A stretch of 64,000 nucleotides of DNA from Acholeplasmataceae bacterium (GCA_012517145.1 JAAYVM010000132.1:9689-73688); one strand, 5' to 3'; numbered from the stretch's first letter, positions 49,373-59,303 are shown. Notes: a model not told the origin generated them from the sequence alone. Numbers and translations are program-made.

Positions 49373-50515
49373 ATGGTAGGGAAAAAGAAAGTTATGGCGC
49401 TGGCATTAGTTGTTGCGTCTATGCTTGCTGTTACTGGCTGTGGTGGTAAACAAGCGGCAGGACCATCAGAAACATTGGTAAAAACTATGCAGGTCATAAA
49501 GAGAGATACGCCCATTATCTATGAATATTCTGGTTTTGTGGAAGCTCAGAATGAGGTTCAGATGAAAGCGCGTGTTACGGGAATGATTACGGAGAAATAC
49601 GTTAACGGCGGTGATAAAGTTGAGAAAGGCCAATTGATGTTTGTTATTGATCCTAGGACCTATCAAGCAGCTTCCTGGAATTACCAGGCACAAGTTGCCA
49701 GCGCTCAGGCTGATTTGAGCCGCGTTCGCCGTGATGCTGAACGCTATCAGAAATTATATGAGCAAGGTGCAATTTCCAAGCAGACTCTTGATAATACCAT
49801 GGCAGAGCTGGAACAAAGCGAAGCCAAGGTTGAAGCACAAAAGGCACTGTTGTCATCCGCTCAGGTTGATTTAGGGGAAACAAATGTCGTGGCACCATTC
49901 AGCGGAAAAGTTTCTGCAAATGATTTGGCTGTCGGCACTTTTGTTACAGCAGGAACAACAGTTTTGGCTACTATTTCCAACAGTGATCCCGTGCGCGTGA
50001 AATTCAGCCTTGCTGAAGCTGAATATCTGAAACTGGTGGCAGCTAAAGCTACAGATGGCACTGCACCGTTGGAAAATCTGACAATAGTACTTGCTGATGG
50101 CTCTACCTATCCTTTAAAGGGTAAGCTGACTCAGGTCGATCGCAGTATCAGCGAAGGCACAGGTACTTTGACCTTGAAAGCAGAGTTCGATAACCCGGAC
50201 AAGGTATTGCTGCCTGGTATGTTTGCTCATCTGCAGGCCAATGTTGGTACTAAGAAGGATGCTTTGCTTGTGCCGCAGAGAGCTGTAACTGAAATAATGT
50301 ATAAGACTTTTGTTTATATAGTCAACAGTGAGAACAAAGTTGAAATGAAGGAAGTTAAACTTGGTGCCCGCGTTGGCAGACTGTGGGTTGTTGAAAGCGG
50401 CCTTGACGGCACAGAAAATATCATCGTAGAAGGAACTCAGAAGGTTAAGAAGGGTTCTGCTGTTAAGGCAGAGGCTATGACTGAACAGGACCTTGATACA
50501 TCTACAACAAAATAA
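49373..50515 (+). CDS. RND efflux periplasmic adaptor (membrane fusion protein, AcrA-like lipoprotein)
   Basis: Lipobox LAVTGCGG, a coiled-coil hairpin, and the family-typical VPQRAV motif. Confidence 0.88.
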   Translation: MVGKKKVMALALVVASMLAVTGCGGKQAAGPSETLVKTMQVIKRDTPIIYEYSGFVEAQNEVQMKARVTGMITEKYVNGGDKVEKGQLMFVIDPRTYQAASWNYQAQVASAQADLSRVRRDAERYQKLYEQGAISKQTLDNTMAELEQSEAKVEAQKALLSSAQVDLGETNVVAPFSGKVSANDLAVGTFVTAGTTVLATISNSDPVRVKFSLAEAEYLKLVAAKATDGTAPLENLTIVLADGSTYPLKGKLTQVDRSISEGTGTLTLKAEFDNPDKVLLPGMFAHLQANVGTKKDALLVPQRAVTEIMYKTFVYIVNSENKVEMKEVKLGARVGRLWVVESGLDGTENIIVEGTQKVKKGSAVKAEAMTEQDLDTSTTK

Positions 50516-50532
50516 CAAGGAGGTAATAAATA

Positions 50533-53500
50533 ATGGCACGTTTTTTTATTGACCGTCCGGTCTTTGCAATAGTGCTGGCAATTCTTATCACCTTGTTGGG
50601 AACCCTTGCCGGGTTTAATCTGCCGATAGCCCAGTACCCAAATATTACCAAACCGCAGATTACAGTGTCGACTAATTATGTCTGCGCTGACTCCAAGACA
50701 GTTGAACAAGCTGTTGCGCAGGCCATCGAGCAAAAGGTTAATGGCGTAGAGAATATGCTTGATATGCGTTCCACCAGTACAAACAATGGTGGTTATACGC
50801 TTGATGTTTATTTTAATTTGGACAAAAACGCGGATATTGCGGCTGTTGAAGTGCAAAACCGCGTTGATCAAGCCAAAGCTTCCATGCCGGAAGAAGTATC
50901 CAGCTATGGTATAACTACTACTAAAAAAGCAGCACAGACGATTATGTATTTTGCGCTGCATTCTCCGGATAATATTTATGACGGAATGTTCCTGAAATCC
51001 TATGCTATGACGAATTTTTTGGACGCTGTCAAGAGAGTAAAAGGTGTTTCGACCGTTGATTCTTTTGGCCCTGAGTATTCTATGCGTATCTGGCTGCAAC
51101 CAGATAAAATGGCGCAGTTAGGCGTCACGGCAAGCGATGTTTCCACGGCTTTAACGACACAGAATATCCAGGCACCTGTGGGTTCGATAGGTTCGAGACC
51201 TACGGCAGCGGAGCAGGAATTCCAATATTCAGCCAGCGCCCAAGGGCGTTTAACCACTGAAGAAGAATTCGGCAACATAATAGTTCGTTCTTCAAATGGC
51301 CAAAATCTGAAACTTAAGGATATCGCAACTATCGGACAAGGTTCACGCAGTGATGCTATCGTTGGTAGGCTTAACGGCGGCGATTCAGTAATATTCCCTG
51401 TTTATCTGACCAGTGATGCTAATGCTTTAGAAACAGTGGCAAATATCAAAGAAGTTTTGAAAGATGCCGAGACGCGTTTCCCTCCAGGGATGGAACTGAC
51501 AATGGTTCAGGATAACACAACTTATATTGTAGAATCCTTGACCAAAGTAGCTCATACTTTTGTTGAAGCCCTTTTATTAGTTTTATTTGTTGTTTATATT
51601 TTCCTGGGCAGTTGGCGGGCAACTCTGATACCAATGTTGGCAGTGCCTGTTTCTTTAGTCGGTACCTTTGGTGCCTTTATTTTCTTAGGATTTACTATTA
51701 ATACCATCAGCATGTTTGCTATGATTTTGGCAATAGGACTTGTTGTCGACGATGCTATCGTAGTTGTTGAGGCAGTAGAGCATCATATCCAGGAAACGGG
51801 ATTGTCGCCAAAAGAAGCTACATACAGAGCGATGAAGGAAGTTTCCGGACCAGTTGTAGCCATTGCTTTTATTTTGGCTTCTGTCTTTATCCCAGTTGCC
51901 TTCCTTGGTGGTACGGTTGGACAGCTGTATAAGCAGTTCGCTTTAACGATTTCAGTTTCCATGGCTCTCTCGGCCTTGGTTGCTTTGTCTTTGACTCCGG
52001 CTTTGTGTGCACTAATTCTGAAACCACGCACTGCCGAAACAGAGCCAAAAGGCATTCTGGGCAAAATTGTCGGAGGCTTTAACGCTTGGTATGCCGGAGT
52101 GCTCTCCAAATATACGGTTAACGTGGAAAAAGCAATCAGACATACCAAACTGGTAGTTGCCGGGATGGCAGTTATGGTTATAGTTATTGGCGTTATGGCA
52201 AAAACTCTGCCTTCAGGCTTTGTTCCTGATGAAGACCAAGGTGCTTGCATAGTTGCCTTTAATTTGCCTGAAGCAGCATCAAGTAATCGTGGTATACAAG
52301 CAATGTTGAAAGCCGGCGAACAAGTTGAAAAATTACCTGGTGTCAAATCAGTAATAGAAGTTTCCGGTATGGATATTCTCACAAATGCGCCAAAAGCCAG
52401 TGCAGGACTTTTGGTTGCTGCCATGGAAGACTTCGATAAACGCGATGTTGACGTACAATCTACTATTAAGAGAATCTATGGTATCGGTGCAGGCATGCCT
52501 GAAATGAGCATGATGGCTTTCAATATGCCGGCGTTGCCAGGTGCTTCCAGCACAGGTAATCTTGGCATGTACCTGATGAATCTTGGTGGTGATTCTACTG
52601 AACAGATGAACACTTTGGCTCAGACTTTCCTGCAAAAAGCTAACCAGAGACCAGAAATAAAAGTTGCTTATACAACTTTTAATACCAATACTCCTTCTTA
52701 TAAATTCACGGTTGACCGCGAGAAAGCAGAATCGCTAGGCGTACCTGTTGCCAGCGTTTATACCGCTCTGCAGACCTTCCTTGGCGGTTCTGAAATCAAT
52801 GACTTTAACCGCTTCGGACGTACCTGGAAAGTTGTTATGCAGGCTGATGCGAAATATAGGACTGATGTCGATTCCATGCGCTTGTTCTATGTGCGCAGCA
52901 GTAATAACACGATGGTGCCCTTGAATACTTTGGTAAAATATGAAAAGAGCAATACAGTACCTTCAATCACCAGATTTAATGGTGCCAGTGCAATGAAGAT
53001 TGCCGGCGATGCCGCACCTGGCTATAGTACCGGTCAGGCGATGAAGGCGTTGGAAGAAGTGGCAGCAGAAGTATTGCCGTCAACTTATACCTATGAATGG
53101 GTAGACCAGAGCCGTGACCAGATTGAATCCGGCAACAGTTCTGCCAGAGTATTTGTAATTTCTCTGATCTTCGTTTTCCTTTGCCTGGCTGCTTTGTACG
53201 AAAGCTGGGCTGTTCCTTTGGCAGTTTTGTTATCGGTACCATCGGCCATTTTCGGTTGTTTTCTGGTACAGTACGCACGTGGTTTGCAGAACGACGTTTA
53301 CATGCAGATAGGCCTGATTACTTTGATTGGTTTGGCTGCTAAAAACGCGATTTTGATTGTCGAATATGCCAAGATGAATATGGAAAAGGGTGAAACGCCT
53401 ATGCAGGCAGCGATTGACGCCGCTAAACTTCGTTTGCGTCCGATTCTGATGACATCTTTTGCATTTATTCTAGGCTGCCTGCCACTCGCGATTGCGACAG

Positions 53501-53640
53501 GCCCGGGCGCCGGTGCCCGTGTTTCTATGGGTAACGCGGTTGTTGGCGGTATGACAATTACGACCATGCTTGGTATTTTCATTATTCCGGTCATGTTTGT
53601 CTTTATTGCCAGATTGTTTAATAGGAAACAGAAAGAATAG
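50533..53640 (+). CDS. RND multidrug efflux permease (AcrB/HAE1 family)
   Basis: 1035 aa with MARFFIDRPVFAIVLAI, VVDDAIVVVE, and 12 TM segments with two large loops. Confidence 0.93.
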   Translation: MARFFIDRPVFAIVLAILITLLGTLAGFNLPIAQYPNITKPQITVSTNYVCADSKTVEQAVAQAIEQKVNGVENMLDMRSTSTNNGGYTLDVYFNLDKNADIAAVEVQNRVDQAKASMPEEVSSYGITTTKKAAQTIMYFALHSPDNIYDGMFLKSYAMTNFLDAVKRVKGVSTVDSFGPEYSMRIWLQPDKMAQLGVTASDVSTALTTQNIQAPVGSIGSRPTAAEQEFQYSASAQGRLTTEEEFGNIIVRSSNGQNLKLKDIATIGQGSRSDAIVGRLNGGDSVIFPVYLTSDANALETVANIKEVLKDAETRFPPGMELTMVQDNTTYIVESLTKVAHTFVEALLLVLFVVYIFLGSWRATLIPMLAVPVSLVGTFGAFIFLGFTINTISMFAMILAIGLVVDDAIVVVEAVEHHIQETGLSPKEATYRAMKEVSGPVVAIAFILASVFIPVAFLGGTVGQLYKQFALTISVSMALSALVALSLTPALCALILKPRTAETEPKGILGKIVGGFNAWYAGVLSKYTVNVEKAIRHTKLVVAGMAVMVIVIGVMAKTLPSGFVPDEDQGACIVAFNLPEAASSNRGIQAMLKAGEQVEKLPGVKSVIEVSGMDILTNAPKASAGLLVAAMEDFDKRDVDVQSTIKRIYGIGAGMPEMSMMAFNMPALPGASSTGNLGMYLMNLGGDSTEQMNTLAQTFLQKANQRPEIKVAYTTFNTNTPSYKFTVDREKAESLGVPVASVYTALQTFLGGSEINDFNRFGRTWKVVMQADAKYRTDVDSMRLFYVRSSNNTMVPLNTLVKYEKSNTVPSITRFNGASAMKIAGDAAPGYSTGQAMKALEEVAAEVLPSTYTYEWVDQSRDQIESGNSSARVFVISLIFVFLCLAALYESWAVPLAVLLSVPSAIFGCFLVQYARGLQNDVYMQIGLITLIGLAAKNAILIVEYAKMNMEKGETPMQAAIDAAKLRLRPILMTSFAFILGCLPLAIATGPGAGARVSMGNAVVGGMTITTMLGIFIIPVMFVFIARLFNRKQKE

Positions 53641-53754
53641 CTAAGACTTAAATAATGCTCCTCCATAAGGCGGGGCATTATTTTTTTTGCAGGAATTTCA
53701 GCCTTTCTGTCGTAATTACTATTTATTCGTTTTCAACAAAAGGAGAATTAAAAA

Positions 53755-55485
53755 GTGAAAAAAGTCTTGTTGGGTCGTGTTTTTGTTCAGCATGTCTGGC
53801 AATTAACAAAAAGTTATTGGCAGTCTGAAGAAAAGAAAAAAGCTTTTTTGCTGCTAGGAGCAATCATTGCTTTGACTTTGGCCTATGTCTACATACTTGT
53901 ACTTTTGAATCAATGGAACAATGCCTTTTATACGGCATTACAAGACTATGAGACTGACAAAATATTCAGTGAGTTATTTCATTTTTCGTGGCTGGCCGCT
54001 ATCTATATCATAGTTGCGGTATATGCGTTCTATCTTCAGCAGGTTTTGGCGCTGAACTGGCGGCGTTGGCTGACTAGTGCCTACCTGGATGAGTGGCTGC
54101 GCAATAAGACCTACTACCGGCTGCAAATGTTCGGTACTGTTACAGATAACCCCGACCAGCGTATCAGCGAAGATGTGAAAATGTTTGTAGAAATGACATT
54201 GCAGTTTACGATAGGTATTCTGAAGGCTTTTTGTACTCTTGTTTCTTTCGTGGTTATTTTGTGGCAGCTTTCCGGACCACTGCAATTAAACGCCCTGGGA
54301 CAGCAGTTTCATATTCCCGGCTATTTGGTCTGGGTAGCTCTCGTTTATTCTGTTATCGGCACCTGGGTTACGCACAAAGTCGGCCAGAAATTGGTTGGCT
54401 TAAACTTCGTGCAGCAACGCTATGAAGCTGATTTTCGTTTTAGTATGATGAGACTCCGTGAAAATGCGGAGAGCGTGGCTTTTTATGAAGGTGAAAAGCA
54501 GGAAGGAACTGTTTTCAAAAAGAGATTTACACTGCTTTTAGATAATTTCTGGAAAATAGTTCAGAAACAAAAGCAGCTTGTCTGGCTGAATTCCGGTTAC
54601 TCACAAATAGCAATTATTTTCCCTTTTGTGGTATGTATCCCAAGATATCTGAGCAGGGAAATAACTTTAGGTGGTTTGATGCAAATTGCCGCGGCTTTTG
54701 GCAGAGTACAGGACTCTCTCTCTTATTTCGTTGATATGTATACTTCCCTGGCACAGTGGCAGGCAGTGGTAGATCGTCTTATCGGTTTTGGGCTGCATAT
54801 GACGGAAGTGGAAGATGAAAAACCACAGCTCAATCTTAAGCGGCTGCAAACAATGGATAATAAAGTTAGATTAAGAAACCTTGATCTGGACCTCCCTAAT
54901 GGTTCGGCGTTGTTGAAAAACATTAATTTTGAATTGCAGCCGGGAACGAATGTTTTGGTGAAAGGGGCAAGCGGCAGCGGCAAAAGCACTCTGCTCAGAG
55001 CAATAGCCGGTATCTGGCCTTTTGTAAGCGGAGAAATTGAATTGCCGGAACAGGAAAAAATCATGTTCATACCGCAAAGGCCATATCTGCCATTAGGCAC
55101 CTTGAGGGAAGCATTGCTTTATCCTGGCACACGGCGAAAGAGTGATGAAGAACTTATTGCTTTGCTGGAACTTTGCCATATAGGATACTTAGCAGGTAAT
55201 CTTGATACGGAAGCTGATTGGTCGCATGTTTTATCAATAGGCGAACAACAGCGTCTTGCTTTTGTCAGGGCTATCATTTATGAACCAGAGTGGTTATTTT
55301 TGGATGAGGCAACATCTGCGCTGGACGAAGATACTGAAAAAGTAATGTATAAGCTGTTGGCAGAAAGACTTACAAAGACAACAGTTGTCAGTATAGGACA
55401 TCGCAGTACCTTGAATAAATTCCACTCGCTGGAAATTAAACTCGATAAGACAACGGCAGCGGTTGTTTTGCAGAAAATTAGTTGA
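53755..55485 (+). CDS. ABC transporter, fused permease/ATPase of the SbmA-BacA/ABCD (YddA-like) family
   Basis: N-terminal ABC_membrane_2-like domain (LNQWNNAFYTALQ, NPDQRISED). The NBD has [23 protein letters not shown] and FLDEATSALD. Confidence 0.75.
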   Translation: MKKVLLGRVFVQHVWQLTKSYWQSEEKKKAFLLLGAIIALTLAYVYILVLLNQWNNAFYTALQDYETDKIFSELFHFSWLAAIYIIVAVYAFYLQQVLALNWRRWLTSAYLDEWLRNKTYYRLQMFGTVTDNPDQRISEDVKMFVEMTLQFTIGILKAFCTLVSFVVILWQLSGPLQLNALGQQFHIPGYLVWVALVYSVIGTWVTHKVGQKLVGLNFVQQRYEADFRFSMMRLRENAESVAFYEGEKQEGTVFKKRFTLLLDNFWKIVQKQKQLVWLNSGYSQIAIIFPFVVCIPRYLSREITLGGLMQIAAAFGRVQDSLSYFVDMYTSLAQWQAVVDRLIGFGLHMTEVEDEKPQLNLKRLQTMDNKVRLRNLDLDLPNGSALLKNINFELQPGTNVLVKGASGSGKSTLLRAIAGIWPFVSGEIELPEQEKIMFIPQRPYLPLGTLREALLYPGTRRKSDEELIALLELCHIGYLAGNLDTEADWSHVLSIGEQQRLAFVRAIIYEPEWLFLDEATSALDEDTEKVMYKLLAERLTKTTVVSIGHRSTLNKFHSLEIKLDKTTAAVVLQKIS

Positions 55486-55512
55486 TAGAGAATAAATTAA
55501 GGGGGAATTATT

Positions 55513-56694
55513 TTGAAACCATTAGCTATAGCAGAAAATATTTATGATGTTGGAATTATTGATTGGACAACGAGGGATTTTCATGGATATGTTACACCAC
55601 GTGGAGTTACATACAATTCTTATCTTATTGTTGACGATAAAATATGTTTGATTGACTCTGTAAAAGCACCTTTCACAGACGAGTATATTCAAAATATAAG
55701 CGAAGTAGTCAATCCTGCCGACATTGATTATGTTATAGTTAATCATGTTGAGCCTGACCATTCCGGTGCTTTGCCAAAATTAGCCGAAGTAGCGCCGAAT
55801 GCTGTTTTTTTCATAACGCAGCAGGGCAAAAATGAAGCCATCCAGCATTATGGCGATATTTTTAATTTCGTTACCGTAAAGGAAGGAGATGTTCTTTCTC
55901 TGGGTAAACGCGAATTGCAGTTTCTGCCGCTGCCGATGCTGCACTGGCCGGATTCTATGGCAACATATCTGAAGGAGGACCAGATCCTATTTTCTAATGA
56001 TGCTTTTGGTCAACATTACTGTACAAGTAAACGTTTTGATGATGGAGTTGATGAGGATGTCTTATTTTTTGAAGCACAGAAATATTTTGCCAATATACTC
56101 TTTCCATATGCGAAACTGGTAGAAAAAGCATTGCAGAAAGTAGATGGCCTGCCGCTTAAAATGATTGCACCCAGCCATGGAGCCATCTGGCGTTCGCATA
56201 TTGATAAAATCATTGCGAAATACAGCGGCTGGGGGGCAGGAGAAAAGAATGACACCTTGCTAATTGTTTATGAAACCATGTGGGGCGGCACCGAGAAGGT
56301 TGCCAGAGCTATGATGTCAGGAGCGGCAAAAGCTGGTATACCTGTCAAAGTATTCAGGCTGAATAGTTCTGACAACAGCCAGATTGTTGCAGAGCTTTTG
56401 GAAGCAGGCGGTGTCTTGTTTGGTTCACCGACCCTGAACTATGGCATGATGCCTGCCATGGGCGGTCTTTTGACCTATTTGAAAGGGCTGAAGCCTGGGA
56501 AGAAGCTGGCTGCTGCCTTTGGTACATATGGTTGGAGCGGCGGTGCGCAAAAGGATATGGAAGAATTTATAACTAAAGCTGGGTTTGAGGTGCAGCCGGG
56601 TTTCAACTGTAAGTGGAAACCACAAAGTGGCGAAACCGGCGATGCAGAAAAATTTGGTTATGAATTCGCTATGAAAATAAAAGAGAATAAATAA
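55513..56694 (+). CDS. fprA: Flavodiiron protein (FprA-type A-type flavoprotein)
   Basis: Metallo-beta-lactamase-like di-iron motif VNHVEPDHSG plus a C-terminal flavodoxin domain (LLIVYETMWGGTEKVA). Confidence 0.85.
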   Translation: MKPLAIAENIYDVGIIDWTTRDFHGYVTPRGVTYNSYLIVDDKICLIDSVKAPFTDEYIQNISEVVNPADIDYVIVNHVEPDHSGALPKLAEVAPNAVFFITQQGKNEAIQHYGDIFNFVTVKEGDVLSLGKRELQFLPLPMLHWPDSMATYLKEDQILFSNDAFGQHYCTSKRFDDGVDEDVLFFEAQKYFANILFPYAKLVEKALQKVDGLPLKMIAPSHGAIWRSHIDKIIAKYSGWGAGEKNDTLLIVYETMWGGTEKVARAMMSGAAKAGIPVKVFRLNSSDNSQIVAELLEAGGVLFGSPTLNYGMMPAMGGLLTYLKGLKPGKKLAAAFGTYGWSGGAQKDMEEFITKAGFEVQPGFNCKWKPQSGETGDAEKFGYEFAMKIKENK

Positions 56695-56702
56695 GCAAAA
56701 AG

Positions 56703-56732
56703 AAACGTCGGCAAACTAATGTCGACGTTTTT
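56703..56732 (+). terminator. Intrinsic terminator
   Basis: AAACGTCG ... CGACGTTT stem followed by TT. Confidence 0.6.
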
Positions 56733-56759
56733 GCTTACAATTACTTATCACTTAAAAAC

Positions 56760-56788
56760 TTGATAAAAGTCAAATAGTCAAATATAAT
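56760..56788 (+). promoter_or_regulatory. ctsR promoter with a tandem AGTCAAA repeat (CtsR-box-like operator) in the spacer
   Basis: TTGATA, a 17-nt spacer, then TATAAT. The spacer contains AGTCAAA-T-AGTCAAA at 56768-56782. Confidence 0.65.
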
Positions 56789-56837
56789 AGTTGTAGAAAT
56801 TATGATTGCTCATACGCTATGAAAGGTGGTGGAATTC

Positions 56838-57269
56838 GTGAAAAATCTTGCAGATGATATAGAAAATTTTATAGTTCGGCAGCTCTTGCTTGATGAAGAA
56901 GACCAGATACTTGTGCAAAGAAACGAGTTGGCTGACAGATTGTCCTGCGCTCCATCTCAGATAAGTTATGTCTTAAGCACCAGATTTACGCCAGAACGTG
57001 GTTATATAGTGGAATCGAGGCGTGGGAGCGGAGGCTTTGTGCGCATTGTCCGACTGATGGCCGGGGAACTCCAGCAAAGGGAGACAAGTTCTGGCCAGAG
57101 AGAAAACAAAATCAGACAGCTTGCCAAGGCAAATGGAATTACCTACAGGGAAGCAGTACTGCTTGCCTTTATGATGGAAGTATTGGAAGGCAAGGTAGAC
57201 CCCAGAGAACGAGGCGCAATCTTTACAGAGGCTCTCGGCAGGCTTGCAAGAACAAAAAACGAAGATTGA
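56838..57269 (+). CDS. ctsR: Class III stress gene repressor CtsR
   Basis: NLADDIENFI, the HTH region ELADRLSCAPSQISYVL, and the conserved glycine-rich loop ESRRGSGGFVRI. GTG at 56838 is chosen by homology to typical N-termini. Confidence 0.88.
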   Translation: MKNLADDIENFIVRQLLLDEEDQILVQRNELADRLSCAPSQISYVLSTRFTPERGYIVESRRGSGGFVRIVRLMAGELQQRETSSGQRENKIRQLAKANGITYREAVLLAFMMEVLEGKVDPRERGAIFTEALGRLARTKNED

Positions 57270-57308
57270 CGGACTTGACTGCCCGCTGATGGGTGAGGAG
57301 ATAGAATA

Positions 57309-58667
57309 GTGGCTAAAATTAAAATTCATTATGTATGTCAGAATTGCGGTTATACAACTTTGAAGTGGCTTGGCAAATGTCCTGAGTGTGGACAATGGGA
57401 TACCTTGGTCGAGGAGACCGTAGTGCCTGAAAGCAAAGCTTCTTTTTTGACAGTTAAGGAAAATCCGCGTCCTAAAACATTAGACAGCGTGGCAATTGAT
57501 CATTTGGAAAGAATGGCAACGGGTATCCGTGAGTTTGATCGTGTTCTGGGCGGCGGCATCGTGCCGGGGTCGTTGGTTCTGCTTGGGGGTGACCCGGGCA
57601 TCGGTAAATCAACCATAGTTTTGGATGCCAGCATGAAGTTCAGTGAAAATGGCATTAAAGTACTTTACGTGTCCGGTGAGGAGTCTGAAGCGCAAACTGC
57701 GATGCGCGCCAAACGTCTTGGCGGCTCCGGCAGCGGTTTGCTTATCATGACGGCGACGGATCTGGCGGTCATTCTTGCTCAGGCGCAGGAGGTTAAGCCA
57801 GCGCTGCTCGTAATAGATTCGATACAGACTATGTACAATGCGGAATTCGAGACCGCCGCCGGCAGTGTTGGCCAGGTCAGGGAGTGCACTGCCAAATTGC
57901 TGCGTTTTGCCAAATCTACCGGTATTGCCGTCCTTATTATAGGGCATGTTACCAAGGAAGGTAATATAGCAGGACCAAGGCTATTAGAACATATGGTCGA
58001 CGTTGTATTACAATTCGAAGGTGAAAGATCCTATGCTTTTCGTGTGCTCAGAGCCTTGAAGAATCGTTTCGGTTCTACAAACGAAAGCGGCATTTTTTCC
58101 ATGGAAGAGAGCGGTTTGAAAGAAGTTGCCAATCCTTCCGGCCTTTTTTTGGAAAAACGTGCTTCCGCAGTTCCGGGCTCGGTTGTTTGTGCTTGTCTGG
58201 AGGGTAATCGTCCATTACTGGTAGAGATGCAGGCACTGGTAGCCAGGACTCCTTATGGCATGCCGCGCAGAACTGCGGTTGGTTTTGATTACAATAGAGT
58301 TAATATGTTGCTCGCAATTTTGGAGAAAAGATTAGGGATGGATTTTGGCACACAGGATGTTTATGTCAATGTTGTCGGTGGCGTGCGTGTTACGGAGCCG
58401 GCGGCCGATCTTGCTGTCATCGCGGCAATTGTTTCCAGCTATCGTAATAAGGCGGTAATGCCGGGAATTCTTGCTGTAGTGGAAGTGGGACTTACTGGCG
58501 AGGTTCGCAGGGTGGGCTTTGTTGAAAGAAGAATCAAAGAGGCACAGAATTTAGGATTTCAAAAATTTGTTATACCAGCAGGCAATTTGTCCGCGCAAAG
58601 TGCATCGACAGGTATTATCCAGGTACATACAGTTGAAGAGGCACTAACAGCATTTTTCGAAAAATAA
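57309..58667 (+). CDS. radA: DNA repair protein RadA/Sms
   Basis: N-terminal Zn finger CQNCGY..CPECGQW, Walker A GDPGIGKST, the KNRFG motif, and a Lon-like C-terminal domain. Confidence 0.93.
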   Translation: MAKIKIHYVCQNCGYTTLKWLGKCPECGQWDTLVEETVVPESKASFLTVKENPRPKTLDSVAIDHLERMATGIREFDRVLGGGIVPGSLVLLGGDPGIGKSTIVLDASMKFSENGIKVLYVSGEESEAQTAMRAKRLGGSGSGLLIMTATDLAVILAQAQEVKPALLVIDSIQTMYNAEFETAAGSVGQVRECTAKLLRFAKSTGIAVLIIGHVTKEGNIAGPRLLEHMVDVVLQFEGERSYAFRVLRALKNRFGSTNESGIFSMEESGLKEVANPSGLFLEKRASAVPGSVVCACLEGNRPLLVEMQALVARTPYGMPRRTAVGFDYNRVNMLLAILEKRLGMDFGTQDVYVNVVGGVRVTEPAADLAVIAAIVSSYRNKAVMPGILAVVEVGLTGEVRRVGFVERRIKEAQNLGFQKFVIPAGNLSAQSASTGIIQVHTVEEALTAFFEK

Positions 58668-58714
58668 AAGAGCTGCTTACTCTGAAGTATCATCATTCAG
58701 AGTAAGCAGCTCTT
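58668..58714. terminator. Bidirectional terminator
   Basis: 19-bp perfect stem AAGAGCTGCTTACTCTGAA / TTCAGAGTAAGCAGCTCTT. Confidence 0.85.
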
Positions 58715-58725
58715 AAGCTTATTTT

Positions 58726-59121
58726 TTAAGAAAGGTAATAAAATCCTAATGTGGAGATAGCATTATTTTCTTCTTGCATGACATTATCCATTTTTAACCC
58801 GGTAAGGTTGCATAAAGCTGCCATATAAAAAAGTGAATGCCCGATTTCTTTGGAGAGGGTTTCCTTGCAGTGTGGGCAAAGTTCACCATCAACATGTGAT
58901 GACATGTAGTCTTTCATGCTGGTGAAAGCAATGTCATGAGGCACGATTTGTTTATGCGCTTCAATTTTGATGCAGCCGCATTCCGTCACGGATTTGGCAA
59001 GAGCACGGTTAACACGTGCTACAGACTCCTGATATTTCGTCATGATATCGAGAACGCTTTTGTGACGAATCAGATATTTTTCAACATTGGCTTGGAAGTC
59101 TTGACAGGAATTATCTTTCAT
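58726..59121 (-). CDS. Hypothetical four-Cys (CGC...CPHC) protein, function unknown
   Basis: ATG at 59121 follows AGAGAGGTG. It has a putative Zn-binding arrangement (ECGCIKIE ... ELCPHCKE). Confidence 0.5.
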   Translation of the reverse strand: MKDNSCQDFQANVEKYLIRHKSVLDIMTKYQESVARVNRALAKSVTECGCIKIEAHKQIVPHDIAFTSMKDYMSSHVDGELCPHCKETLSKEIGHSLFYMAALCNLTGLKMDNVMQEENNAISTLGFYYLS

Positions 59122-59207
59122 ATTCAGCACCTCTCTTGGCTTAATTATAAATAAACACTTTTGGGCTGTCAATTTTAAGGATTATAATTAAATATATTAA
59201 AATATGA

Positions 59208-59236
59208 TTGACATGTAAAAAACTACATGATACAAT
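59208..59236 (+). promoter_or_regulatory. Sigma-A promoter P1 upstream of carD
   Basis: TTGACA, a 17-nt spacer, then TACAAT. Confidence 0.6.
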
Positions 59237-59244
59237 AAAAAATT

Positions 59245-59273
59245 TTGACAAAGTAAATAGATTATGCTAAAAT
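59245..59273 (+). promoter_or_regulatory. Sigma-A promoter P2 upstream of carD
   Basis: TTGACA, a 17-nt spacer, then TAAAAT. Confidence 0.6.
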
Positions 59274-59303
59274 TATAGTGTCACAATGAAGGAGGCATGG
59301 CGC

